Below are positions 35,300 through 49,995 of a stretch of 64,000 nt of DNA, in pieces. The stretch's first letter is position 1, and each line of letters starts with the position of its first letter. A program made the position numbers and the translations under genes. Origin of the DNA: Rhizophagus irregularis. Lineage: Eukaryota. The DNA lies in NCBI RefSeq assembly GCF_026210795.1, contig NC_089435.1:3906001-3970000 (forward strand), in the 5' to 3' direction. The notes beneath the pieces were generated by a model. That model searched no databases. It was given only the letters and a program-made list of their open reading frames with translations, and was not told the DNA's origin.

Positions 35300-37450
35300 A
35301 TATATATTGAATACCAATAGATTAGTTTATAGTTTCACATATAGTAATAATTATAATCAATTACATAAACAAATTAAATTAAAAGCAAAAAATCCATCTA
35401 AAGTTACAAAAAGTCAGTTAAAAATAATGATCCATAATTTGCTTTTAGAAAATAAAAATAAATATAATGCTAAAACTGTTTTAATGGTAAAAATGTATAA
35501 AATTAGTAATTGAATAGTTTATTGATGAAGAACTAGATAAATAGTTTTCAACTCATACTCTTATAGGATAACATAAAGAAGTTTTTGCAATTAATTTAAG
35601 AAAGCAATGTGAAGTAGTAAAAAAATTAGAATACTTTACATTTGGAATAATGGCAAATGAATCTACTCATGGTGATTGCAAATTATTTGTAATATGTTTT
35701 ATGTATTAAGATTCTAAAGCAAATATTCTAAAAATTATATTATTAGAATTAAAAAATTTAAATTAATGTACTGGAGCAGTTGTTTCTTAAATTATAACTG
35801 AATTTTATAAATAATAGTACAATCTTGATCCATCTATATGCCAAATATGGATAATAGATAATCTAAGGTTGCTAAAGAAATTAGGGGATTTTGGCAAATT
35901 GGCAAAATGGTGAAATGGCGAAACTTTACCAAAACTATATGAAAGTCTTATTAAAAAGTTAACAAAATTCTGGAGAAAAGCGAAATCTAATAAAACTTAT
36001 TATAAATACTGAAATTGCTAAAACCTTGCCGAAACTATAATAAAACTATAGTAAAATTTTGGAGAAACTATTGTAGAATTTTGGAGAAGTTTAGACAAGC
36101 AACCTTAGATAATACAGCATATATATTTGAAAATAAAAATGGAGCTATAGTTTTAATAAAGAAAATAAAACAAATTCATTTTGAATTTCTTGTGAAATGC
36201 ATTCAATACATATTATAATGATAAATTTTAAAAATAAGGTTTTTGGAAAATTAAAAGTAAATACTGGCTTTTCAAATTAAAAACATCCTTTTAATTTAAT
36301 TTATTTTGTTTGGTAATTTCATCAAAATTATAATGAAAGTGATAAAAACAATTCAATGAATATGAAAACTACATATATTTTTTAATTATATTTTCAAAAA
36401 CCTTTACATCAATATTGGTTTTATGGATTACAACAATTTAAAGATGTAATTTATTAGAAGAGTTTATAGAATGATTTTTAAAAAAATTAAATGAATAAAA
36501 AAATATACCTAAAACATATATAGTTAAATGGAAATTACTTTAGAAATAGTTGGCAGATCTAATCTTAAAATTGCAAATTGAAAGTTTAGTAGAATTTGGT
36601 GAAAAAATTTATGAACCAATCATAGATTTTCTTGTTAAATCTAAAAAACAACCACAAATATTACATAATAATGGTAATATTTCAAGATTTTTACCAGGAA
36701 AAAGAGCTCATGAGATGCCAGATACAGTTTTACATTGAATTCAATCTTTAAAAGCCATTAAATCTGATCCATATAACTTTTTTTCAACTCAAATATGGGA
36801 GACTATAACTATTTTATAAGATGATGATTTTGAAAATTTTGTTAATGGATTAGTAAATGGAATTGATAATGCACTTAATTCATTGAAAACATGGGAATGT
36901 GGTTGCATTTACCATTAAGTATATATACAGTAGATTAAAAGAAAATTATAGTTATAAATTTGCATGTAATTATTTAATACTATTATAGAATTATCTTGGA
37001 AATATGTTTTAAATCTTAAAGAATTATGCTATGCAAAATAATTTAAACTAGATTTAGAAAATTAAAAAGAACTTAATGACTTTGACTTGCATATGGCATT
37101 GGATAATCCATTATTTAAAGAAGAATTTATAAATTTTGCATATTCACCTAATTTACCAATATACAAATTTCCATTATTATATGAATTTGTTAAATTTCAT
37201 ATTTACTATATTGTTATACATCAACAACAAATTGAAGAATTATTCAACAAATATGATTTAAAATGTCATGATTTGTCATCCATGAGATAAAATAAGCAAA
37301 ACTTCAATTAGCTTTTGAAAACACCAAAAATATATTTTTAACTACATCAGATTTACATAAAGAAAGAAAAAGAAAAAGAAAAAGAATGGAAAATATTAAT
37401 GAAGATAATAGCTGTAAAAGAGGCTGATAGATTATTTAATGAATTGTTTG
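35300..37450 (+). pseudogene. Strongly AT-eroded transposase-like remnant (possibly hAT/DUF4371-like)
   Basis: Fragments FGIMANESTHG, FLPGKRAHEMPD and IVIHQQQIEELFNKYDLK; many stops. Confidence 0.45.
35864..36107. mobile_element. hAT-type MITE family F, copy 2
   Basis: TAAGGTTGCT...AGCAACCTTA; degenerate TSD GATAAT-C / GATAATAC; homologous to 16646-16889. Confidence 0.88.
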
Positions 37451-38931
37451 TTAAAAAAAAAAGAAGCTAATTTTAGAATTAATGTATATTTTATTGATCA
37501 AAATCAGCTATATTGAAATTATGATATTAAAGAATAGTAGCAATATTTAAAATAAAATGAATAAAATGAGAGGAAAAAAGTGTATCATATGTTCTTTTCA
37601 TGCAATTTTATAAGGGTAAATGAAATAAATGAATCAATGAAACAAACAAGTAAATGGAATAAATGTGGTAAATAAAGGTAAATGAAAGAGAAAGAGTAGT
37701 ACTGTAGTATAAAAATAGTCTAAACATATGTCATGTAGTTATATCATATGACAAATTATGTAAATCTCAAAAATTTATAAAATTTAATTTTGAAAATTTA
37801 AAATTTAAATTTTATTAGACAGATGGTTATAATAACCAGTGGTTAACTATCGTTATATTATTAAATTTTTAAAGATCTACAATAAATGATCTGCAAAATT
37901 TCCGAATAGTAATAAAAAAATGCAATTAATGATCATCATAAGTAACCCAAACTTAATTATACAATTTTGCACGACCCTTTCCATTTTAATTTTTGCGATC
38001 TAGGAAAAAAAAATCATCATTACGTCATTTAATTTGCCGCCCGTCATAACAAAAATATTGCATATTCCAATAGTGCTAAAACTAAAACTAAAACTAAAAA
38101 AATAAAATAAAATAAAATAAAATAATTAAAGTATATTGTTTAAGAACTCTTTTTATTATAAATTACACCCTTGTTATTTGTTTTATATTTTATACAACTC
38201 ATTTGATTAAAATAAATGTAATAAATATTTGTTTAGAAGTTTGTTTAACATTCAGAAGATATCTGATAAAAAGATTTGTCTATGTATATATAAAAAAAAG
38301 CATCTACTTGGATACTACTATAAACGACGAATGAAAATTGGTTGACGTAAATAAAAAAAAACGAGTGATAAATTTTTTAAATAGGGATTGTGTGTGGTTT
38401 TGTATAATATGGGAGAGTTTAATACGAGTATGTTACGGTAAAATTGTACATCTTTTGACCATATAAGAATTCTCCGAGGTTCATTTAGAACGAAATTCCT
38501 AAATGAATTAATAATTATCTGCGATGGTAAGTTAATGAAAAAACATATATGGTTACATAAAATGGGATGTACGATATAAAAAAAAATTATGAAATTTTTT
38601 TTTTAAATATTTACATATAATAAAAAATTCGAAATAATTCAAATCGAAACCCAAGCCCACACAATAACCAGAACCCCCAATATAACCCAAATACTAAATA
38701 AGGAAATAAAGAAATAAAGAAATAAAATAATAATGAAAGAAATAAAGAAATTCGAACCAAACATCATATTATATGCGAGGATTCGAGAAAAAGTTTTTGA
38801 TATACCCAATTGAAAAAATGAAAAATGTCTTTAAAAAATTTTGATAAAATACATGCAGTCAATAGGAAACGATCAATAGTCATTAATCAAGATAGTCTAT
38901 ATCGATAATCATTTGAATCATAAAAGTTGTT

Positions 38932-41746
38932 TCAAAACTTGCTTTCTTCTTGATTCTTGCTTTCTTCGTGGTTTTTGCTTTCCTCATGATTTTTACTTTC
39001 TTCTAGGTCTATGCTTCCCTTATATTCCATGGGAGGTAATTTGACTTCTCTATTCTTGAAAAATACTTCAGGGCTTGTGCAAGTTCCTAAAGCCCTCTCC
39101 ATATGATGTGTAAGATAAGACAATCCAACTTGATATGAAGCGTTCATCCAACCGAAACCCTCACGAGGCACAAACTTGAAATCTGTACCTACATTACCAT
39201 ATTCCACTTTAAGCAAATGATTTAAAGTAACAACATCGTATTTTTCAGGAACTACTCCATTGAAATCGACAAAAGATTTTGTTATTGTAAAAAGCCAACG
39301 ATATGCTAAACGACGTGCTTCTGTCATATATCCATAATTCTCAAGACCACGCCATGCCATAATTTGATGAGGTGCCCATCCAAAAGGGTAATCCCATTGA
39401 CGATTTGGACGATCAAGTGCAATTGTTCCACGAGATTCTTCCGTTCCACTTACAAGTCCACCAAGAACTTCAAATTTAGGGAGAGATATTTTTCTAAATA
39501 AAAAAAAAAAGAGAGAAAAAACAATAAATAAAATATTTTACATATTTTTTAATACATATAAAATACATACACCAAATTTTCAGCTTGTTCGTGACTGGCA
39601 CAACCGGCCCAAAGTGCCCAATATGCAGTAACAGATTCATAAACTGATTGTTCTTTTTTAGAGGTGTCATAATCATAATATAAACTTTTCTCTTCGTTCC
39701 ATAAATATTTATCAATTCTCTTTTTACGTAACAAAGCTCTTTCAGACCAAGTAGAACTAGTTTCAATAATTCCATTATATTCGAATTGATTATTAAAGAT
39801 TAATCTAATAATTTCACTAATATCAACTTCATACTTATAAAGCAAACTATTAAGATCAATAGTGGCAAGATGTGCACACCTCTTTTCAAAACGATAAGTA
39901 GTATCATGACCAGATTCACGAACTGCACGATCATGTAAAAAGTATTCATCTAAGCCAGGTTCACTAATTTCCAGGGATTGATATTTTGCTACATATTCTT
40001 TAATAGAAAGTCCTAATTTTTTTGCGTAAGGTAAAATCACATGGTCAAAGTGACTTGCTTCAGTTTCCGGTGGAATACCAAGTCCAGTTGGATAAAATCT
40101 ACTAAGACCGGTTATAGGATCATAACGTGGAGGGCTCATCCAAATTGTATAATATTCTTTAATGGCAGCACGAATTGTAATTTCTAGCCATTTTTTTTTT
40201 TCTTCCGGTTCTTCGGTTAAATGTTCATATACTTTAATAGCCATGTCAGTAAGGAAAGGTGGTTGAGATCGGGTAAGATAATAACTTCTATTCGCATTTA
40301 ATATCTTCCCATAATGTGTTATTTGATAAACAAAATTATCTACCATTCCTTTTGCCATTTCTACTCTATTATCTAAAACTAAACCAAGAGTTTCAAAATA
40401 AGAATCCCAACCATACATTTCATTAAAACGACCTCCAGGTACAATGAATGGTACACCTTTTAAAGTAATATTTCCTTGAATATCAACATGTTTTTGCATG
40501 GCTAAAGCAAGAATTCCAGGTCGATCATTAATACTTTTAACATATTCCGGAGTGATTTCTTTTGGTAGTTTTTCAACTTGTAAATTCAAATGTGGTCGAG
40601 TTTCAGCTAAATTAGTATAATAATGATATTGTTCATCCTCGTTATAAGGAATGTAAATACGAGGTGAATGATCAGCTGTTCTGTTTTTAGGATCCGCACA
40701 AATTATTTCCAATCCTTCAGCATCTATTCTTCTTGTCAAACCATCCCAGAAATTGGTTTTAATCATACGAGATAAACGTTTAACCGGATTCTCATTTAGC
40801 CGAGCTTCATCCAAAATTATATGTTTACGTCCATGTTCTTCTGCTAGAGCCAATTCTTGTAAAAGATTACTAATCATATAAGTACCTCTAATCTCATATT
40901 TTCTATGACCACCTGAATCAAGAGTACCAACAGGTAAAGTTTTAGGGCCCATATCGTGAATAGTGATCTGATTATCTCCATCAGTATCTTCTTGTTCTAG
41001 GATTTGACGCTTAGTTTCCTCCACATCTATCAAGAATTTACGAGGTTTTGTTACCTCATCTATAAAATTGAAAGAATAAAATAAAATAAATTTCAAATTT
41101 TTAATGAATCAAACATACATAAATATATGCAAATATATCTTTCTTAGAAAATCTAACATTAAGTCTAGGAATCATAAGGGTCAAAAGGGTAGGATATCTT
41201 GATATTTCGATATCTCGATAGATCAAATTGATGGGATTCTTTAAGGAATTTACGGCTATCGAGTTCGATATCGTAAGAGGATTTTGATATTGACATTATG
41301 AGAAAAAGGATTCTATCGGTAAATGACTAATGACACCCTTTTTTTCATGAAAAAATTATCCCATTCAAATGTTGAAACATTACATATCGAACTCTAAAAA
41401 GTTAAAAGGGAAAGAAATAAATAGAAAAACTACTTTACCATGAGAAGCTCTTCTTCTGCGTGCTACTTCTTTATGTCCCGGTTTTTTTGACATCTAATTT
41501 TTTTTTTTTTAAGAAAAAAAGCAAAGTAACAAAAATTATAAGTATAAAAATATTATTTTCATATTATATATATATTATATAATATTATATTTTGTAAAAA
41601 TACATTAACTAACAAGAAAGAAAACTCACCGAACTTGTCGCAAAACTTCTAAAACGACTAACATTTGACAAATCATAGCTATTGTTGTTACCAGTGCTGT
41701 AATAGGTCCGCGAATCAGCGTATATATTAACTTCCGTATCTGCCAT
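38932..41746 (-). CDS. NTH1: Neutral trehalase (GH37); 4 exons: 41746-41630, 41493-41439, 41059-39571, 39493-38932
   Basis: RRRASHDE PKA-type site, Ca-binding [48 protein letters not shown] and EGFGWMNAS motifs. Splice phases are consistent. Confidence 0.97.
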
Positions 41747-44700
41747 TTTCAATATTTAGTTTTTTTCGATTTCTTTTATTTTTAAAATAAATTTGATATT
41801 TAATTTTTTTTAAAAAAAAAAATAAGAAAGAGAGAGAGAGAGAGAGGAAAAAAAAAGGTGTAGGCAGATAAATAAGGATTGGATGCGGCAAATATATTGA
41901 ATAATTATACGATGAACCAATAAAAAATTTTTTTTTAGAAATTTTTTTTTTTTTATTTAACAAGATTTATATGAGATTTGTAAGAAGATTTGTAAGATTT
42001 GTAAGATTTTGTGAGATTTGTTTAAAGATTTAATAGAAAAAAAAATAAGAGAAACAGAAAATGAAATAATAAAATTAATAATTCGAAAGAGGAAATGAGT
42101 GGAGATAAGTTAGGGCTTGGGAAAAAAAAAACGGTTTTTATATGAAATTAAGAATCAGGGTTAAGAATAAATTGTATTAGTTTGGTAATTATTTTGGTTA
42201 AACAGATTTTTTCTGATCTAAAAAATACACCAAATTTATTACGAAATAGGAATTGATTATAATATAATAATAATTATAAATTATTTATATTGTATATCAA
42301 TAGATCCAGCTAGTTGAAAATATAATAAAATCTTTCGGAGAATGAGATGAAAGAATGTAATTTAGCCAGACTATTTTTTTTTCGTATTTTGTTGAAAAAA
42401 ATAGGGGAATCGGAATATATTAGATGAGAAAAGGGGGGAAAAGAAAGTATGAGGTTAAGAAAGGGAGAGGGAGAGAGAGAGAGGAGAAGAGAGATGATTA
42501 TAAGGAGAGAAGAGTTGTTTAGTGGAAGGGAACCAACCACAACAAACTCAACTTGAGTTAAAGAAAATTTTTTTTTCGAACGAACAAAGGTTTATAAATA
42601 AAAAAAGAAATCAGGACTAAACCCCATAAGGAATCAACATATATATAAGCGATAATTTTTTTTTGACGTTTTTTTTTTTTCAAATATCAAGGGTAGTGTC
42701 TCAAAATAATGTTGATTTGACCAAATCCGGCTAATTCGAATAGTTTATATGTTGTGATACTATACATAAATACAATACGCTGCGTACGCTTTATTTGTTG
42801 ATAGTACTTGTAACTTGTGTTTTTCTTGTCAACCCAAAAAAGTTTTAAATAAACAAAAATCACATTTATTTTTAATTTCAAGCATAAGATCAATCAATAA
42901 GTTTAATTATGATTTCTTCCGAATAAATTTTTTATAATAATAACAATTCGAGAAGATTATTTCTTTCCCTCTCTCTTTTTTTTTTACCAAGATATGTAAG
43001 ATGGCGACACTTAGTACATTGCTTCTTTGTTTATTTATAATAATCAATGCTATATAGAAAATTGCATAATGCAAAGATGTTACGTTCTTCTTAATTAATA
43101 TTCTTAATTCAACTTTGAAATACAGAAATTGAAACTGACTTACTTCGAAACAGAAATAACTCCGTTAATTTTATCTCATTTTGTCAAATTTATCCGAAAA
43201 AGAAGCATCTCTTTTAGCGCATACATCGCATAGCATAACATTTCATTTAATTTATTATCTCGATTCTTCTAACCTTTTTTTTTTTTTTTTACCTAAAGAT
43301 TCTCTCTCTCACTCTCGCTAAAATGAGAATAATTTGAAGTAATTAATTAAAAAAACAAATAATAAAATCTTCAATAAGATCTATTAGGAAAATATAGTTA
43401 CGTTTATTATTATGATTTAATTCTCGAAAATTTTTTCCCTTTTGTTCGACAATCCCATAAAAGTTTAGTTTACCAGTTAGTTTACCAGTTAAAAAAAAGA
43501 AAAAGGCGTTTGTGAAACTTTTGTCTGGTAATCTTTACAAAATAAGTCCCGAATTAAAAAAAAAAAATTTTTAAGTTATTATTGTTCGAATGAGTATAGA
43601 AATCTGTGTAACAAAAAGATATAAAGTTTTAAACCGTAATTTGTATATATAAGTATATATATATACATATCATACATTATATATAAATAAAATTTTGAAT
43701 GTAGTTAACCAGAAGTTTAGCCTTTTCCTCATCTGTGAAAGTTAAAACTCTAACAAAGAAAGAATAATTTTTTTTTGGTTAATATGAATTACCAAAGTGG
43801 GGCATTTTTTTAAAAAAAGTAACCCACAAAATAAAAATTCGTATTGAGTAAATAAATAAATTTCCCAATATAAAATTTGTCATATGATAATTGTGTTATA
43901 AGGAAGATGGCATATTTTTGACGCGTAAAAATGTGTGAAATTTTCAGGAGAAACTTGAAAGAACAAAGAACAACACAAATATTTGGATAATTTAAATGGA
44001 AATAACAAAGAAGATCTAAGTAAAGAAAAACTTGTTTTCTTTTGATTGGAGAAGAATCAAAGTTTAATGTAAAGAAAAGCAACGCGTAAGTATAAACCTG
44101 ATATGATCAGGTTTTTTTTTTTTTGTTTGTTTTAATAATATGAAAAATGTTGGGTAACTTTTAATTAGGCATATGCAAGGATTGAACTTTGAGCTGTGAG
44201 CTGTCAAGGGAAGTGCGCAACGTCATACATACCGCAAAATCCTGCATAATCAGTCAAATTTGGAAAATTGTTTCCCGCGATCATAAAAATCAATTTTTTA
44301 CACATATTGTATTTGTATATCATTTTCTATTCCATTTGTATTAATTATATTGTTCTTTGTTTGATCTACTTCCTTATTTCTTTCTATGTGTACAAAAAAA
44401 TCTGAAATATTGTTCTTTATTATTAATATTCGGTATTATTGTGGTGTTATCATTATTTATCATCTGTTGTAATTGAAACTTTCATCTATTAAATTAAAAT
44501 CTTGTTTATTAAAAAAAAAATAATCTTTTTTTTTTTTTGTTTGTTGTTACAATACATGTCCTTGTTTTAAAACTATAACTCAAATGAAAAAAAAGTTAAC
44601 TTGTAAATATAAATATCAATATATAAATAATTTTATTATTCTATTTGTTCCACAAGATATTACTATTGTTATAATAAAAAAAAAATAATAAAGCGAATAC

Positions 44701-44788
44701 CATCTTTATTACATTAAATTTCCAAATAAAGTTAAACCTTTTTTATATGTTTTTTTTTAAAAAAAAAATATATATGTATGAATTAGAC

Positions 44789-47700
44789 ATGTCGTCTTCA
44801 AAGTTATCATCTTCATCTTATTCTTCCGTATATCGATCCACTCCAACTTCTGATAATAGTACGAGACTATCCGCTTATGGATCAAGAAAATATTGTCGTA
44901 GAACTTCGTCAAGAGCTTCTGAGCGTTCAAAATCTTCGTTTTCCAGTTTACCGACGCGACGACCTAAAACTTCGGCTTCTGCATGTATTGGTGGTCGCGA
45001 TAATCATTCATTTGTAGTTGCCATGATTGAGGGTAGAGGTAAATGTCTGTTAAATTTAGAATTATTCGTTATTGATTGATTCTTTTATACTCTAGGTGTT
45101 GCTACTGAAGTTGGTATGTGTTTTATCGATTTGAGGACGAGCGAATGTATTTTATCTCAGGTATAATTAATTAATTAAGTTTATTTTATGGTCTTTGATT
45201 TTATTTTATTTTAATTTGGTTTTTTCTACTTTTTTTTTTTTTTATTGTTAAGATTGCTGATTCTCAAACTTACGTAAAGACATTACACAAATTAAATTTA
45301 TATAATCCCGTTGAGGTATTTTAAACTGATTATAAATGTCTGGTTAATTTGGTTTCACATTACTTAATATTTCATTCTTTTTGAAGATCATATTATCCGT
45401 GACCGCAATTGAACCATCAAAGTCAAAGTTATGTAAAATACTCGAAGACAATATGCCCATGGCCAGCATCATACCAATTGGAAGAAAATATTTTAATGAT
45501 GCGATTGGTATGTGTTACGATTTTTACATACTAGGAAATTGGGTTAAAGACATTTTTTTTTTAAGATTGGTTGTATCTTAGTCTGTTAACTTCAAAAGGT
45601 ACAATGCAATAAAAATAAAATCTCACTTTTTGTAAAATGTCTTTAATCCATTTGTTATTTGTTTAAATTAAATATCATTAATCTTATTATTAATCACTAT
45701 TATAATTTGAATAGGTCTTAATTACATAAAACAGGCAAGTTGAATTTTTTGCAAATTAATTATGTTTTCCAATAATTAATGTTTGCCCTTTTTTTCGTAT
45801 TCAGTATAGTTTAGAGGAAGATTCCGCTTCATTGATTCTGGGAATAACGTCAAAGTATCAATTATTTTTTTTTTTAAAAAAAAATCTTCTCTGGCTTACT
45901 TTTCTTAATTTACTTAGATTTTATTGTTTAGCAGCAACAGGCGCAATATTAAAGTGAGAATAAAAAACTTAATGTAAATTTTAATTAATCTTTTAATCGA
46001 GAAATTCCTAATTTTATCAACAACTTAGATATATCGAGAGTACTCAAAACATTTTCTTTACTAACCATTCAATTAAATTCAAATATCAAGGATGTGAAGG
46101 TGAAAATTCCTTTTTTATATAATGATCAATATTTAAATATTTTTTAAAGTATGTAGAAATAATCCAAGTTCTTTAATAATCTTATACAGGAACAATGATG
46201 ATAGGTATTCGTACGCAATGATATTCGTATACAATGAATCAACATTTTAAAATTTTTAACAAAATTTATATTATCTATATTTAGATTGTGTGACTGCACG
46301 TAATCTTGAATTGATTAGCAATATAAATAATCCACGTAGCAATCATTCACTTTACGGTATAAACATTTTATTATTACTGTTATATTGTACAATATAATAT
46401 GTACAACTATACTACTAGAATTTGCAATCAATCTAAAAAATTTTAAATTTTTATAAGGTATTTTAAATAACACACGTACACCCATGGGAGGTTAGTATAT
46501 TAATGTTATAATACGAATTTTTGACTTTGTTACTGCGGTACGTGTATTAATAAATTTTATTATTAGCCCGCTTATTAAGAACCAATACTTTACAACCTTT
46601 AAGCGGTTTGTACTTTTAATATAATTTTATATATGAATTACAAAAAGTACATTTGTTTATAATTATTATTTATTTAATCATTTAGATGTAACTACGATTA
46701 ATATGCGATTGGATGCTGTTGAGGGTATTCATTTTTTGAATATTTTTGATATAATTATAATAGGATGAATTCGACAATTTCAGATTTACTAAGATCTTAA
46801 TTATTTAAATTATACAGAGCTTATACGTCATGAAGTATATTTCCATTACTCTTATTCTTTGAATAACGATAAATGACATTTAATGCATAATTATTTCTTA
46901 CAAATAAGGAAACATTCTTTGCGATTCAAACGGGTAAAAATCGATATACAAAATTAGAAAATTTATGGCAGTTCATCTAACTCATCTTACGTTATTATGG
47001 TCGTAGCTCTCAAACCATTTCAAGATATTGATCATTTGATCACAGCAGTAATTTATTAATCTCATTTAATTTCTCGTTTGCTGCGGTATATGTTATTATA
47101 ATTTAATCAATTTTTTTTTAGTTGATTCAAGTTCCAAAGAAACCTTCAGTTAAACATGCGGAACAAAGTATTAATAACGTGATTATTTTAAAGCATACAT
47201 TAAAATTAATAAATTTATTAAAAGAATCATTTACCGGGGTTCAAAATTCGTTATTGGACGCGATTTATTCGGTTTTGTATAATTATTTTATTAATCTTTT
47301 CAAATGTCATTATTTTTTAATTAAATATTTTTTTTCTTTGTATATATATAATTAGCTTCTTAATGATCTAAGGTTGGAGGCTCTCGAAGAACGAATTAAC
47401 GATGTTATAAACGAAGATATCACATATGTAAAATCGCCACTTGCACTTAGAAATCAGCGATGTTACGCAGTTAGGGTAGGAAAAAGAAAATCTTTATTAA
47501 TCGTGTTAAATAATAATAATAATAATAGATACCTAATACATTATCAGGCGGGATTTAATGGTTTGTTGGATGTCGCTCGACAAACTTACAAAGAAACTGT
47601 TGATGATTTAAACGAAATGATAGACCAATATCGTGGTAAATACAATAAAATAATGATAATATACACGTTGATTTCTTGTTGATTTTTATTGGGTTTTTTA

Positions 47701-49627
47701 GAGCAATATCAGATCCCCATTAAAACACAATTTAGTTCAACTGCTGGATTTTATTTATCAATTAATATCGAACAGTTAGAAGACAAACAACTTCCCCTTA
47801 TATTTATTAATGTGAAAAAAAAAAGGAAAACTTTGACCTTCACAACATTAGAAGTGATGAAAAAGAATACAAAGATTAGTGATTCATTAACTGAAGTATA
47901 TTTGATGTCTGACAAGTATGATAATTCTAAAATCATCTCTTTGTTAAATAAGCTACCAGTACCTCAGATATTAATTATTTTTCATAGAACTATTGAAGAT
48001 TTGATTTCGGAAATTCGTAATGATATCAGTGTGTTATACAAAGCTTCCGAATCAATCGCGATGTTAGACATGCTAACGTCATTTGCTCATCAATGCACAG
48101 TGTCTAATTATGGTATATTTTATTCTAAATTATTGCTGATAACTTGGTTCAACATTTAATTTATTTAATAAATAATAAATCAGTTCGACCTGAATTCACG
48201 GATACTTTGGCAATAAAGGCTGGAAGAAATCCAATGAGAGAAAGTTTATATGTTGATACATTTGTACCTAACGATACTTATGCTAGTAGTGCAACTAACT
48301 TCCAATTAATCACTGGTCCAAATATGAGCGGAAAAAGTACTTACTTGAGGCAAATTGCTTTGATGAGTATTATGTCTCAAATTGGATCATAGTAAGGGCC
48401 TATTTTTAAAAAATTTTTTTATCCATGGCAATCAACTAATTTATTATAAATAGTGTGCCTGCTGAATACGCATCGTTTAGAATTGTGGATCAGGTGAGAA
48501 TCCCCCTCCCCCCTTTTTTCAAGGTTAACTAACATAAATTTTTTTTCAATAGCTTTTTACGCGAATTTGTAACGACGATAATATTGAAAGTAATGCTAGT
48601 ACATTTGTAGTTGAAATGCGTGAAACAGCATACATTTTACAAAATGTAACAGATGATAGCTTAGTGATTATTGATGAGCTTGGAAGAGGTGATTATATTT
48701 TTAATAATTACGAATAAATAATTTTATCTTTTTTTGATCAAAATTATGTTAAAGGAACTTCCACACACGATGGATTGGGAATTACATACGCGATTTGTGA
48801 AGAACTCTTAAAAACAAAAGTAAATCATATATTAATAAGTATTTATGAATACCATTAAAGATTTTATTAATAATAAATTTATGCGCTTTGAAGGCATTTA
48901 TTTTTTTTGCAACACATTTTCATGAACTTACGAGAAGCTTAACCGTCTATCCTAATGTTGTAAATTTACATTTGGAAGTTGAAGTAAGTTTTTTCATAAT
49001 TATTTTAAATTTTATTTTTTGTATTTACTAGCCCATTTATGGTAGATTGAAGAAGAAGATAGTAGAGTTGCAATGAAATACTTGTATCGAGTCAAAGACG
49101 GAAGAAACGATGAAGAACATTATGGTAAGTTTTTAAAGCCCATTATTCATTTGTATTGTTAAAATTTACTGTCTAATATACATTTATTAGGATTAAAGTT
49201 CGGACAAATTATTGGTTTACCAGAAAACGTTATTAGAAAGGCTACTGAAGTTTCATATAAGGCTTGTAGAAAAAAATTTTTTACATTGATTACATTGATT
49301 ATATTGATTATGTTTAATTTGATAATAATTATTATTTTAGTTGAAAGAACTTATTGATTCCAATAAAGAAAAATCGACTTCAAATAAAATAATTCAGCGG
49401 CGAAAGACATTGTTACAAGTACTGTAATTGTTTCATTATAATCATTTTTTAGTTGGATCTCCACATTATTTAGACCGTATATGTTAATGTCATTCATTAT
49501 TTTAAAACAGTTGACGCAACACTTGTTACAAATTAGGAGATCCTCTAACTTAGACAAGGAAGAATTGAGAAAATATCTCAAAATGGTTCAGGAAGAATTT
49601 ATTACAAAGATGGAAGCATTATTTTAA
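44789..49627 (+). CDS. MSH4: MutS homolog 4 (meiotic crossover factor); >20 short exons
   Basis: [64 protein letters not shown] and FATHF motifs. No mismatch-binding domain I is evident, as expected for MSH4/5. Stop TAA at 49625-49627. Confidence 0.92.
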
Positions 49628-49995
49628 CACTTATTTTAAATATATAATAATAATACTGTTAGTTCATACATAAAAACATATATCATCTAATAATAAATCT
49701 AATAATAAATGTATATACGTATTCAGCACGTGACCTCGTGAAAAGGATTTCACTACGTTTCCTTGCTTTAGACCCATATTAGTTTAGCGCATAATAGGAT
49801 TTTCAGCTATGTCCTAACAAAATAGACGACCAACAAGAACATCACCATAGACAATCGCCGTGATTATCGAAACGTAAGCGATTATCGAAATAATATGATA
49901 ACCGATAATATACGGTATATCCAGTGATTTGTTCCAAAAGGAAAAAATCAACTTTATTGACGCCCTTGTTTACATTCCCCATAAAATTTTTACAT

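Noticed and set aside
41727..44082. Short ORFs upstream of NTH1 and GA-rich tracts
   Set aside because: Low-complexity promoter, UTR or intergenic sequence with no coding signal.
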